Shown: in pieces, positions 1-13,385 of the stretch | Layout of the letters: each line of letters begins with the position of its first letter | Numbering within the stretch: position 1 is the first letter of the stretch | Assembly: GCA_964247055.1 (NCBI GenBank) | Contig: OZ176051.1 | Coordinates: 4,464,001 to 4,528,000, forward strand | Direction of reading: 5' to 3' | Origin: Paragordius varius | Lineage: Eukaryota; Animalia; Nematomorpha | DNA length: 64,000 bases | Translations under genes and position numbers: made by a program | Notes under the pieces: generated by a model | Seen by the model: the letters and a program-made list of their open reading frames with translations, nothing else | Told to the model about the DNA's origin: nothing | Database searches by the model: none

Positions 1-3000
1 TACCTCACAGAAGCAGCCAGGTTTTGGTTTTATGTTTTCGGCTTGGCTCTCTCCCCCATCATCTTCCTATTTCCTTTCTTTATTTTTATATCTTATCCAT
101 TACAATTATTAAATTCTTAAAACATGTAATTCTTAGCAATTTAATTATTTTAAATTTCAATAATAGATTAAAAAGACCCAACTTAATAAGTCATTGTTTT
201 TTAAAGTAGTGTAAATTTATCATGATTAATTTTCTCAAATTCTTAGTTTTTTAAAATTTATAAATAATAACATTTAACACACTAGCCCACATATCTATTA
301 ATTATGAACCATAAACTAATCAACTCAGTGTGGAGCAGTGTAATTTTGATCTTTGTAGACAATATAGCTAGTTTTTATATAATACTGATGTCATAAAACA
401 ACTATCTCAAAATTTATTCCAGTTTTTATAAACAAAATAAGAAACTGTCACCATATTTTTAATCTCATCTTGTCATTTATTACCTTTACAAGGTTAACGA
501 TATATGTCCATGTCTTATAAATCTTACTGATAACATAAGTTAATTACAATATTTTGAAAGAAAATTATAATATATTATTATATATATATATATATATAAC
601 CATCCTAAGAAATGCAATGGTATGTTTTTTAAAATAAAAATTGATATACAGTAACTTATGGCGTTAAAAAAGTTATCTATAAAATGAAGAAATATTAAAA
701 ATATAGGCAAAAAACTTGTTTAATTTTAACCATTTATTGTTTTATATCATACGCTACTGTATACAAATCTAAACTGGCCATTAACACGCTACTTTATCCC
801 CATAATAAATAATAATATGAAAGATAAGATAGAGTAAGTAGAATTTATAGTTAGTTATTATTGAACGAAATTGAATACGTTTTAACAGGTATAAATATTT
901 TATATTTCGAATGGTGTCTAAATTGATCTATATATTTTTGATATCACAAAAAGTTAAAATTGTATTTTATCTTTTTAATTTTTACTCTTTCACCATTTCA
1001 AAAAATTTCGTTTTTACAACTTAAGGACCACTGTTTTTTTGCTTAAACCTCAAATTTAACAAATTAATACGCAGTTAATTTAATGGTCCATTCCACGATA
1101 AAAATATGCCTTTTAAAATATTTATGATGTATTAGATTAAATTACCTTAATTGAATGAGATAAATAACTTACCTACCTATTAACACACCTATATCATGAA
1201 TTTAATTTTTTGCCATAAAAACCTATGTTTTAGATTCTATATTTTATTTTATGCGTACTAATATTGAGCTCCAAAAAAATTATTTTTATTTCCAACTACA
1301 TTAACCCCATAAGTCATCAATATTTATGTGTAGAAGTAAATGATATAAAATCAAGCTAAAGAAAATCCCAAGTTTATTCATTCAAAACCAAAACTAATGA
1401 GTACCTAAATTCGTTAAATAGATATATATTTGTTCCACCCTCCCCATAAATATAATATTTTAAAACTTCAATATCTAATTAGAAGTAGAATAGGCCATTT
1501 AAAAATTGTTGCTTAAAAATTATTTTCATGTGATTTCATATGAGAGATATGCTATATAATAATATAAATATTAATAGCCGCTCTAGACCCATTCCATTTG
1601 AAATTGTTATAGAAACCGCATAAAAAACAAGGAAGGGAACCGATTTCTATTGAAAAGACAGTTTATAAAATTTTTATTTTCTAAATTTAATTTCTACGTT
1701 TTTGAAATTTGTTTTTATTTCACCCCATAAAAATAGGATTTCTCTAATTATAACTGTAAATAAGATATTAATTATAACTGTTAGCATATCTAACTTTAGT
1801 TATCTATTATCTATTTATCAATTTATATGGCAATCTGAAAACATACATTCATAATTTATCCAATTAAATTTTGTTTACATATGTTTGAGCAAAAAACTTT
1901 AAGGATGAGTTATTGCCCAGCTCAACTATGACCAGTTTGACCAATTCTTTACGATCCTAACTTAATATCACAAATGGAAAAATATATGTATATATGAAAA
2001 CAAAATTAAAACCAATCAAACTATCTATTAATATTGTAAATCACTACTAATAGTTATTAAATGATTGTATCAAAATTTTAAAGTTTTTGCATTAAATGTT
2101 TGGGTTCATGAAATGATTTGATTTTCATTTTCTCATTGATCGACACATGTTCAATTTTTTGGTTGTTTTAAAGGCGATTACAATCACACTCAGTGGCTTT
2201 TAAACCTCTGCCCTAAAAGTGCTTTTATGGCCCCGAATTATTCATTAAATTTTTTGATTTCCTATTTGAAGTTATCTGTCTATGAGTTAAATAGCTTTGT
2301 CATCTGATTTATTGGTAATATATAGTGCACGGCCGTTGAGATAAGGAAATTTTTTATAAAACCATTTAAATTTTTTTGGTTAGTATCACTATCAGGTGTC
2401 ATAAATAAGCGGTCGCAAAACTGGTTGTAAAATTATTAAATGCGTTCAGAAATGTCGTACTAACTTTAAAAAACAATAGCTATTTCTTTTAAATTAAATC
2501 AAACATCAATCTGCTCATTTTTTCCACAATTTGTCATAATTACTCTTAACATTTTATAATCTTTTTGGGTAGTTTTATATCCCAGAGCAATTTTAATTGT
2601 TATCTCAAAAAGTATTTAAGGTATTAGTCCAAATTAACAATATTCTTTCTTTAGCTTTTAAGGCACATGATTCATAAAAAATTTAAAAAAAAGAAAAGTG
2701 GTAAAAAAAACCTCTCAAACTTTTTCCCGCCATTTTTTTTAAAATTGCTAATACTAGGCAAATAAATTATATTACGGTTAGAAGAAATAAACAATTAACT
2801 TTACAGGTTACAATTTACCAGCAAAACTTTATATATATTGATTTTAAGCTCAGCTGTTTATTTAATCGAGTATTGAAACTGTCCTAATTTTAGATTCTAG
2901 AAGTTACAAAACTGTAATAAGCTTTTTAATACAGGAGAACAATTGATAATAAAATTTTAAATAAAAGAACTTTCAAAAAAGTAGTTACAAGATTGAGCCC

Positions 3001-3443
3001 TGGATATAGAACTACCCCAATATGTTATCGCTAGGTCATGAAATGTTAATCATGATTGAAATAGTTGGAAATGATTAATATTACATTGTATTTTATTACT
3101 ATGAATGAGGTTAACTCACATTTTTTATAGTTTTTTTATATAACACTATTTTGAATGAGATATGGTTGGGGGGAAACGATTTCGAAATGATTTTTTTTAA
3201 AGGAGAAGAAAAGCACATAATTTTTTAGTAATTATAATTTTGTCGTGGTCCAGGACATTTAACGTATGTTTTTGATCATATCTTTTATGTGCACTTATTG
3301 CTATATATATAAATAAAAGTAATAATCATAAAAATTGACCAAATTTTGTGATCATCCATAAATGATTTGATGTTATTAAACATTAGATAATGATAATTAT
3401 AATCATTTATAATAAGCTATAAAAAATATGAAAGTAATATTTG

Positions 3444-3483
<40 letters not shown>
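3444..3483. repeat. (GTTA)10 microsatellite
   Basis: Ten perfect GTTA units read directly from the sequence. Confidence 0.95.
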
Positions 3484-5400
3484 AGACTTCATTTTTTGAT
3501 TTGATTTCTAAATTTTATCAAGATTAAAAAGAGGGGAAAAGACATTATTCCAATAAAAAAAGGAGGAAAAAATAATTATATTAGATAAGAAATTATTACA
3601 GGCTGCTACTGGCTGGTTTTAAACAAGATAAATGGACACACTGATTTTTTCTGATTTCCTCGGAAATTAGTTAAAACTTTGTGGCCTTTTTGAGAAAAAA
3701 ATTACTAAAAAAAAGTAATTAATGCATGTAAAAAAGAAGGATGATGTTTCTCTTTGAGAAGGCCATAGAAATTTTTTTAAGAGTTTTATAATTATGTCGC
3801 ACACCATTTTCAAATTACCATCTTAATTTTTTTTATACTATTAAAATTATTCTAAAATCTGAGGATACCAATAAAAAATTATCATTAACCCAATATTGTT
3901 TGTGTTGATTCAATCATAATTTATCCAATCAATTATACTCGCATGCACCCTGTGCTCATTAATGTACAAATGAAATAAGCTTTAAAATGAAACATAGCAT
4001 AATTATTATCGTTTATTAGGATATTCAATATTAATTTATGCTAAAATCATGTAATGCTTATGTTAATACTAAAAAACCATTAAGGCACGCGGTGTATGCC
4101 AGTTTAATTGACATAATTCTTCAACGAGATGAAACTATATTGAATATTAATTTTAAAATCATCTATACTATAAATCGGTTTACCTTGAAAAACTAACATA
4201 ACCCCTTAACATCGGCTAAACTTAGGCTCTACTATACACATAATGAAAATGAAATTTATGATCATCAAATATTTTTTAGTGTTTCTTTTTTATCATGATT
4301 CCGTTATTCCCTTAAACTTTCATATGGTGCAGACGTTTCAATTCATATATTAAACAAATTGTCATTTTTATTGCTTTATCATAATTATGATTTTTTTTAC
4401 ATTTATACCTATAACAGAGTACCTAATATTATTGAAAATTGGAGTATCTTTTAAAATTTGATGTGCCATTATTTTAAGAGCTAGCGTTCAAAAAAGGTTA
4501 TTATTAGCAGTAATTTTATTGAAAAGCATCTTATGTACTAAACAGCAGTTCACCTGTTACGACAGTAGAAATATTCTTACTTTGGCTATTTAAAGTTTAG
4601 AGAATTAACATGAGGTTATTTTTTACTCAATATCTAACGCTTTTTTAGTTTAAATTTTTATAGTACTAACACCATAAATGAACAAACAATCGGCTTATTT
4701 TTTGAAGTGAGTGTGACCCGGAAATTACGGTAGATTATTAAAAAAAATATTCTATTAATAAATCTAATTCGGGTAATTAAATTCTGAAAAGAGATCCCTT
4801 TCTCCCATATTATTAAAATTTATAAGAGCACGATTTATATGTAATATATTGTTGAAAATGATATATTGAAATAGAAAAGTTACGTTTTGAGAAGGTTATG
4901 CTTGTATGCTTTACAATCAATATGTTAAACACTATAATCATTTACAATTATAATATTAAAATTTAAATAATTGGGTTAAGAATCAAGGTAATAATCAAAT
5001 TGACAGATATTCATAGTTAATTGTTGCCATATCAAAATTTCCCATCCTTATAACCCGTAGCAACAGTATTTTTAAAAATATTTTGTATATTAATTAAAAT
5101 ATTCAATAATTTATTATATTTTATCCAAAGATAGAGATGTTCAATAAATATCCACCTTAGAATAGGTCCATCATAATAACTAATAAAAAAGTTAGAAGAG
5201 CGAATTTTAGGCATTTGAGTCCCAACAGGCTCAATGATAGTTTCTTAATCAAAAAATAAAAACAACCAGAAATATAGTCAAAAACGAATAAAAATATACA
5301 TAAACGGCGCTCTAACAACTCTCACATATAGCGACAAACAAAACAACAAAATTAGGAGCTTTATTGTAACGTCAATAAATAAATATTTTAATATTCTATA

Positions 5401-6420
5401 CCAGGTGTAGTCATAAATTATTACCAGTTTGACTTAGAGAAGACGTCAATGAAAATTACGCAGACAACTAATTTGATACAGACCCCATTTTGTTATCCGT
5501 CATTATGCAAACACCCACCCAAAGGTCCGCCAAAAACTAGGCCTTATTTATATCATTCAGTAATCATGTAGAATTTTGTGGCTGAAAAAGAACATGTGCC
5601 TTAACACATTGCCATCAAAAAGGCTGTTAAAAGTTACAGTTTGCTAGTTGATACATATGATAAACTATGCTAATTGATTTGCATTTTTAAACATGGTTTT
5701 GAAATGTTACAAGTTATAAGAATACGTAAAAGAGAGTGGGCGCTTGGTAACCCACAACTGCGAAGACTCTAAAATGCAATTTTATTGGATGATTACCCAT
5801 AACTTAACAATACAAAAAAACAATCAATATAGGTATCCACAAGAAATGGGAATGACCAATAAACTTGGTAAATAGGTCCCACACAATTCGAATGAACATC
5901 AAATCAAAAATTGCTAAGTCACATATGAAGCCTTACTTCAACGCCACGAAAAGAAATCATTTTTGCATCAATTTGAAACGGGTGGTGAGAAATGACTTAG
6001 TTTTGTAATAAACCCAAAGCTGATAAATCGTGAGTTTGCCAAGCCGTCAACCCCAATGTTAAATCGCTTTCGCAAAGAAACCTCGCATCTGGTGAGAAAA
6101 AAATGTGTATTTTAAACTTTGAAAACCGGTAATAATCCACTCCCACCAAATACTTAATTTAAACCATGCATTAATCGAAAAAAGTATTTGATTAGAATAC
6201 ATGACAAATTTATTTATACACGACAATGCTCCTTCTCACGCAGCATAATCAGTGAAACACTATTGAAATTGCACCGATGCGAAATTCTTTGCATCCCTGA
6301 ACTCTCTTGACCTGGCGCCATGTGACCAATACTTCGCATCAATGGCACTATTAGTTATTATGGCATGGCGTTCATATACTACTTGGTAGATGGGTGAAAT
6401 GTGTAGAAGTCGATAACAAA
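5401..6420 (+). mobile_element. Decayed mariner (Tc1/mariner) transposon, copy 1
   Basis: TA followed by left TIR CCAGGTGTAGTCATAAATTATTACCAGTTTG, shared with copies at 42985 and 45325. Broken transposase remnants include an S-x-DLAPCD motif (~6300-6335, YSPDLAP-like) and a RW-x-KCVE-like C-terminus (~6390-6410). Many stops and frameshifts; right TIR not seen. Confidence 0.8.
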
Positions 6421-6616
6421 CCTTTAAATCAGCATTTGGGGTCGCGTAGCAAAATTATGGGGTCGCGAGTGATAAAAATACAATTTAACAAAAAATGTTT
6501 TTTAACTAAAATTATTGTTATAAAGAAAAATAACAATCATCGTGGATAAATATATCATAAAATCTTCTGGTTCGGAAAGAATGTTTATACCAGCATTTCT
6601 ATTCCGATCATTACAA

Positions 6617-7798
6617 TCTATATATTTATAAAAATGGAAAATGCTGGCTTTTTGATCTGTTTCCGGAAAACCGGTAGACCCATTCAAATCCAAATTTTCA
6701 AAATATAATCATTAATGAATGCCCCGATAATAGCTTCGCCCTTTTGAATTAGGCTCCCAGTTCGGGTTAACCCCGTGTAAAAAACAGGTTTTTTGAAAAC
6801 AAAAGTCCATAAAAATCGTGTCTTTGAGACAATTTTCGGGGAAAAAGTGATGGACCATTCGATTTCAAATATGATTATTTTTACTTTTTTTCGATTGCGC
6901 CGAACCTAGTCGGCTTATTTTTTTGATTTAGGCTCTCTTTTTACCCGTCCCTCCCCGTAAAATGCCATTTTTTCATAAAAACTAAATATTTTTTTGCCGA
7001 TGTTATAAGACCGTTAAAATTCACTGAGGATGAGTTTTTTTATTTGCTGCTAGGTAAACAGATAGCCGCAAAAACTGCGCCACTGTATAGAACTCACGTT
7101 GTTTTGGAGTTAATTTACAGAAAATTTGTGCAACCATATGAGCTCATTAGAAGCTCGAAATATTATCCGTAACTAGGTAAAAATTAAGGTCGGTTTTTTA
7201 TTAGCCGTTAATTCGGGGCCTTTATGCCCTAAAACGCCATCATATAACGATTATTTAGCATTGTATTTTTTTCGAAACCCATGAGACGATAGTATCAAAG
7301 TTGATTCCAAATATTTGCCCTATAAAGGCAAAAAATTTAACTCAGCGCTTTTTCCATATAGGTTTATGAGTAGGGGTCTACCGGTTTAAAACTGAGACGC
7401 CATATAAAATAGGCGTAGTTTTTGAACTAATCAAAAAACTTAAGAAGCCAGTTCAGTTTATGTTTCTGGGGAATTTATATAATATTCTTTCCTTTAAAAA
7501 GGGATCACAAATGATTTACTTTTTATTTTCCTTGATCCCAGCTGTATGAACACAATTTCAAGTTATTGACCATGACTTCGTAAAACGAAAATCGTATAAA
7601 TCCAATGATAGTTAAATATTAACTTTAATAAGGGACAGAATATGGTCAATTTCGAGTAAACAATATTTCAGCCTATGCAAATACCCGTAAAAGAATAATT
7701 AAAGGCATTCTTTTTATTAAATATGTTTATTATTATTTTTTATCTCCATTATCGGTGAGACTATGCCACACCGAAGCGTGACAGGGCCAGCTATCTTG
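6617..7798 (+). mobile_element. Probable non-autonomous Helitron-like element
   Basis: Starts A|TCTATATATTTATAAAAATG (Helitron-type 5' TC end after an A) and ends with a GC-rich CCGAAGCGTGACAGGGCCAGCTA/CTTG|T block. The first ~150 bp recur at 8111-8265. No coding capacity. Confidence 0.5.
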
Positions 7799-8110
7799 TA
7801 TAATACTACAAATCAGAAAATGTTATAGAATTTATAAAAAAAGTAGATTTATTTTTGTCAATCTATCAAAACTGAAATAATCCTGATAAATATTATCAAC
7901 AATTCTAAGTGTTATTTTGAAGAAACTATTATCTTTTATATTTGTTGAAGTCGTTAAGAAACTCGCAATCATAAATGGGGTCGGGAACTACAAAAGTTTA
8001 AGAAGCCCTACTATAAATAAATGCATAATTTTCCTTTCGAAATTCACGTTTTTTAACGAAAAACTGGTGGTACATTATTTATAAACTGTAAATTGTTAAA
8101 TGTTTTATAA

Positions 8111-8265
8111 TCTATATATTTATAAAAATGGAAAATGCTGGCTTTGTGATCTGTTTCCGGAAAACCAATAGACCCATTCAATTCCAAATATCAAAAAAAT
8201 ATAATCATCAATGAATGCCCCGACAATAGCTTCGCCCTTTTTGAATTAGGCTCCCAATTCGCAGT
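8111..8265 (+). repeat. Truncated second copy of the 5' end of the 6617 element
   Basis: Near-identical to 6617-6765 (TCTATATATTTATAAAAATGGAAAATGCTGGC...GAATTAGGCTCCCA), also preceded by A. Confidence 0.75.
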
Positions 8266-9508
8266 GCATAATATAATACCGGTAGAAATTTCATATCTGA
8301 CACATTTGCAGACATTTAGTCTCAAAATAAGGACATGAAAAAAGTTAATAAATAGTTCAGGCAAGAAGCATTTTTAGTTTTGAGCTCTCATGGGTTATAT
8401 TAAAAAATATAGTTCTTTTCAAACAATATATAAAGCCCATGTTGATGAGCTCTTCCAACTCAAATTCGTTGGGTCCCATATTTTCCTCATATTTTTTGAG
8501 TTTAACAGTTTAGAATTATTTTGAGGCACAGAAATACTACCTTAAGTAGTCATAAGATATTTCAGTCGTTTAAACTATTTAGCCGGCTCATTCACCTAAA
8601 TGCCAAGTTGAATGCTCATTCACTTCGCCTTTAGCTTTCTTATATTTTTTTTATGTTTTGTCTTTACAATTTTAATTTTTACTTTTAAATATGATACCGG
8701 CACATTTTCAAACCCTTAGATGTAAAGCTATCCATGTTCGGCACGTTAGATTTGCATATTACCTTTTATAAAAAAAGTTCCAAATAATTTTTTTATGAGA
8801 CAATTTATATGATATAATAAATTGGGACATGAATTTTAAAAGTGACGTTGCCGATTAAATTAACATTAACAAATGTCGAAAAAATGGTGAAAACGCTTGT
8901 GGCATTTATCACCTCATTTTGACGACACATCCAAAATTTAATTATTTGTTTTTTGGAAATAAGAATGGTGTTATAAATTCAAAATTTAAAATTTAACAAT
9001 GTTTATATTACATATATATCATTTTCCAATAATTAACCTTTATTAACTTTAAAAAGCAAGCTAGTAACAATTTAAATTTTTTAATGGATAATAAAAATTT
9101 AGTAATATATCGACCAAAATTTTTGATAAATCAAGTAAAAATAATTAACATATTTAACATAATTTTTATAAATATATAAGTTTTAGCTTGCATTTTAGAT
9201 TGCGCGCTTGAATGAAAATCACAAAGGTTAACAAAAAATTATCATTAAAAGGATGGATTACACACATTAATCGAATGATACAAATTTATATTTGCATTTT
9301 AAGGGCTGCCATTTTGGATGATATTCATATATATATATATATATAATTTGACAATGACTTTGAATTAAATATTAACATGGAATATATGTACAAATATATA
9401 CGCACATAAATTCCTTTTGGATTTCATATAAATTAATCTTTTAATTACCAACAAAAAATATTTTTTTAAATCGAAAAATATTTTTTATTATTAAATTTAC
9501 AAAATTTA

Positions 9509-12500
9509 ATGAAAATTGCGAAAATTATGTTGAGGAGGATATCCTTACTGGTATGAATAAAGTTATTTATATCAATGTTAATTTCATCAAATATTGCGGG
9601 TAAAACTTTTGATGATAGACAAAATCTTAGCCATACCAAATTTTTTCAATTATTTAATTATTCTAAAAACGTGTACTATAACATTAAAATTATATGTTCA
9701 AAAATATAAATTATACGGACAAAGCGTAAAAAATAAAGGACAATATTTTTTTAATAGACAGCCAAATTTTTTTAAAACTGATTTAATAAACTTTTTAATA
9801 ATTATTTTTTTGGGTGTGATTAAAAAATTTAGCAATCTGCATGAAAATTTATTTTTATTTTGCATGTGTCAGATTTGTTTTGCAATATTTCTGAATAAAG
9901 CGGATCTCGGTAAATGTGAACCAGAAGAGTTGCTTGTTAATGTTGCTGCGACACCTCTCATTAATGGTAGATATACTATAATATAATATAAAAATCAATC
10001 AAAGAACATTTATTACCTTCTTTAAAATCTGGGGGGAAATTCGAAATTATACGGACAAAACCTAAAAATATAAGCATAAATTTTCTAAAAGAAACCATAC
10101 TTTTTTAAACTCCTCATTTTTAAAAGAAAACTAACTCATTGTTTTAAATTGCGAAGTATAAATTGATATGTATATTGGTTACACAATCAATTATATATTT
10201 TACAATTGTAATTATGTAATTTATATGAGAAAAATTGAGCTTTATCAAAGTATGGTTGTCTTTTTTAAAAAAACATTTGTCTATATTTTTACTTTTTGTC
10301 TGTATAATTTCAGTTTTTACTGTAATATAATATAAAAAATTTATAGAAAAAGATGAAATGTTACAGACATAACGTATTAATTAAAAACGATTTTTTCTAA
10401 AAGACAACTATTTTTATTTTTTTAAATATAACCAATCATTTTGGGTTCCATAATAGAATTGTTAATAGTTTCAATTGCATAATTTGAATTGTAATTAAAG
10501 GTTTATGTGGGAACAATCAAGGTTCCAAGTATTGTCCTTTTTTATAATTTCAATATATTTATACGTATAAATAGATATGGATGGTGATGGTATTCCCGAT
10601 AATTTTAACACTACCCGTACAGTTGTCAAGATACGAGTAAAATTTTATATTTTTTTGCATACATAAATATATTTCTTACAAAAACTATTTGCTAATCTAA
10701 TGAAACAAGTAAGTCACCGAATGTAAATATAGAAAATTTGAATTGGTACATTTCTCGTGTGTACATAGGTTAATATAAGAAATTCTTTCGCTAAAATTAC
10801 ATATATTCCGTTGGTTTATTATTAATAGTAATTATGAATATGAATTTGAAATTAACTATTAGTTTTATAGATTTTTTTCATAAATTATATAATAAAAAAT
10901 ATATTTAAAGCCTATCAAAATTAAAATCACTGATATATGATTTTAATGCCAAGTTTTTGACACACTTATATTTGATCACAATATATTTTTGTATTTATAA
11001 AACACTATATAAAACGAAGCCAAAACGGCCATTAAAACAATGAAACCGGAACCAAATTTTTGGCAAATAGTTTTATGAAATGGTGTTTAGAAACTTTTTT
11101 TAAAAAAAAACGTGAAACTAAAATGAAAAACGGTTCCAGTTTCGAACCATAATTATATTTTCTGAGAGATTAAAAGATATTTAAAAAAATGATGTGGTTA
11201 ATATTTGTGTGATGTAGGGCTACATTTTCTTAAAATATCACGAAATGTAACCGGAAATTGTAAACAATTAAACAATGAACTTGTGATTTTTTTCAAATTA
11301 TCCAATAAATTAATGAATCCGAAATATTTTGCATGCCATTTTTATTATTATTTTATATTACGTAAGCATATCTTTTCCTTTTTGGCTGGTGCTTCTTAAA
11401 AGCAATTAAACATTTTTGAATGTAACCAAATCCTAATCTCAACAATATAAGACTTCTATTTTACTGATGGTTTTTATTTCTGACACTGGTTTAGGGAAAT
11501 AAAATTTTTAAAGTTCCGCTGCTGAATATGTAAATATTGTATGTTATAAAAAACACTCACTATATTAAATATAAACCCTATCATCTCATATTTAAACTGA
11601 AAGTAAAACACGAGTTTTTTATGCATTTGGTGAAAAATAATCCTTGTTTTCTTTATGATTTAGCCGACCGATAAGATGGCCTCTCAGACAAAAATTTCTC
11701 TACAAAAATATAAAAGGCAAGCCCCAGTCGATCCCCCGTTGACCGAAGTGATCGGAGATCGTGTGTCGAAAAATGTTGCCCGTAAGATTCATAGTTTTTC
11801 AAGTGGGCTGTTTTTCCGTTTTTCATTAACCCATTACTGGCTAATAAACTTAATTCCTCCTAAATTTCAATAATAATAAAAGCTATCTTATATATAAACA
11901 TAACCATTATTAATATTTATATAATTTATGTTACTAACAACACATCTTTGCAACAACAAAAACAACGCTCTTATACAACCGTTAGTTCCACAAGCAGCGT
12001 TAAATGAAGTAAGTACCTTGATGCCAGGTCCAACAATCATTGTTAATCCACCCATGAGACGTCAAACAGTTACTAATGTGCTACCAATAACCAATCCATC
12101 CCTCGTAACAGTCGCTCCGGTTATTGCAAGCGGAGCTAGACCTGCTTTGACTGGGACAGGACCTGTTATCGCAGCAGCAGGAGGTACGCTGGGTGGAGGA
12201 ACTTTAACTAACGTAGGAGTACCCGCACAGAGCCAGATAGGTGTTGTAGCAGCTTCACCTACAACATTTATCAATCAACAAGGGCCTCCTGAGTTTGTCG
12301 TACCTGGTCAAGGAGTTCAAACCATTCAATCCAACACAATTTTGAGTGAACAGAATGATCCAAACTTAGTGGCGAATGCTGAATATCTCTCTTATAATAA
12401 TTGGGATAGATTACTTGCAAAGAACCCGAGACGAGTTCTTTTTACAAATGTGTATGGCGATATCCATCCCCGTAGTTGGGCTCCTCCAAGGCCAGTGGAA

Positions 12501-12986
12501 TCTGTTAGAGAAATATTAGGGTTGCCTCCTCCCGTATTACAACCCATAGGTATTGATCCTCGCGAACAGTTATTTACATCCAACGGTATCATCCAAAACG
12601 AAGTTGTTGGACAATCAAACATTCAACAGCCAATCGCTGGTGGAACGTTTGGTGGATTTTCTTCGGGTGGAACTTCAGCTGTCATTCAACCATCAGTTGC
12701 AGAGCCAGTCGCAAGCAATTTCGGAGGAGCCGGTGCGGTGTCCCCCAGAATAATACCTCCTTCTCAACAACGAATCGCTTCTTCTGGGATAGTAGCTGGC
12801 TCAGTCGCACCAGCAATCGGAACCGTATCTGGCGGACAAAATGCTGTTGTTTCACAAACCCAGATCCCAATTATAACGCCAGCTCCGCGACCTAGAACTA
12901 CAAGCATCATTTATAGGACGATAGCGGTCCGGGTTACTACACCAATTAGTGTAGGAGCAGTCACTGTCGCACCGGTCGTCGTTTAA
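9509..12986 (+). CDS. Secreted Pro/Val/Gly/Thr-rich protein (438 aa), probably structural or extracellular; 5 exons
   Basis: Exons 9509-9550, 9873-9966, 10575-10636, 11664-11781 and 11986-12986 join in frame with GT-AG boundaries (1317 nt). The N-terminus MKIAKIMLRRISLLICFAIFLNKADLGKC resembles a signal peptide. It is followed by DMDGDGIPD, a KYKR dibasic site and the long low-complexity ORF 11928-12986. No family recognised. Confidence 0.75.
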
Positions 12987-13235
12987 CATTCATTATCCAC
13001 TAACATGCATTAACATTCAAAATATATCACATAATTTTTATAGTTTTGAAATTTCATATAATATTAAGCACACTGATATAAATTAACCATATTGCACTGC
13101 TAATAACACAAAATTAACACACTATCCTTATTTTATTGTTATAAGCTAACTAATCTTTGTAAACCCTAACAAATTAATCATATATTTGATACTTTTATAC
13201 TACATATTATGATTATATTATTTTAGCATATATTC

Positions 13236-13241
13236 AATAAA
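13236..13241 (+). promoter_or_regulatory. Candidate polyadenylation signal for the 11986-12986 terminal exon
   Basis: AATAAA 250 nt after the TAA at 12986, followed by a T-rich tract. Weak evidence in such AT-rich DNA. Confidence 0.35.
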
Positions 13242-13385
13242 GTGAATTTGTTTTCCATTTTCTATTAAGATTTACGTGAGGAAGTTATAATAACGTTAAA
13301 AGTTGTAAAAATTTTTGGTAAAATTAGTTTTTGAACCGGTAATTATAACCTTAAGCAATTCAACTATTTTTTAAAATTATTATAG

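Noticed and set aside
4-1956. Two exon-like minus-strand segments (1956-1879 DRKELVKLVIVELGNNSSLKFFAQTY and 66-4 EDDGGESQAENIKPKPGCFCE), both phase 0-0
   Set aside because: They could belong to a gene leaving the left edge, but I recognise no homology and one acceptor is purine-rich. Not enough support without RNA data.
3444-3483. (GTTA)n as an interstitial telomeric repeat
   Set aside because: A 4-bp unit does not match the TTAGG, TTAGGC or TTAGGG telomere motifs; it is an ordinary microsatellite.
12062-12870. Antisense and shifted-frame ORFs over the Pro/Val/Gly-rich exon
   Set aside because: Shadows of a GC-richer coding exon, with no splice or start support.
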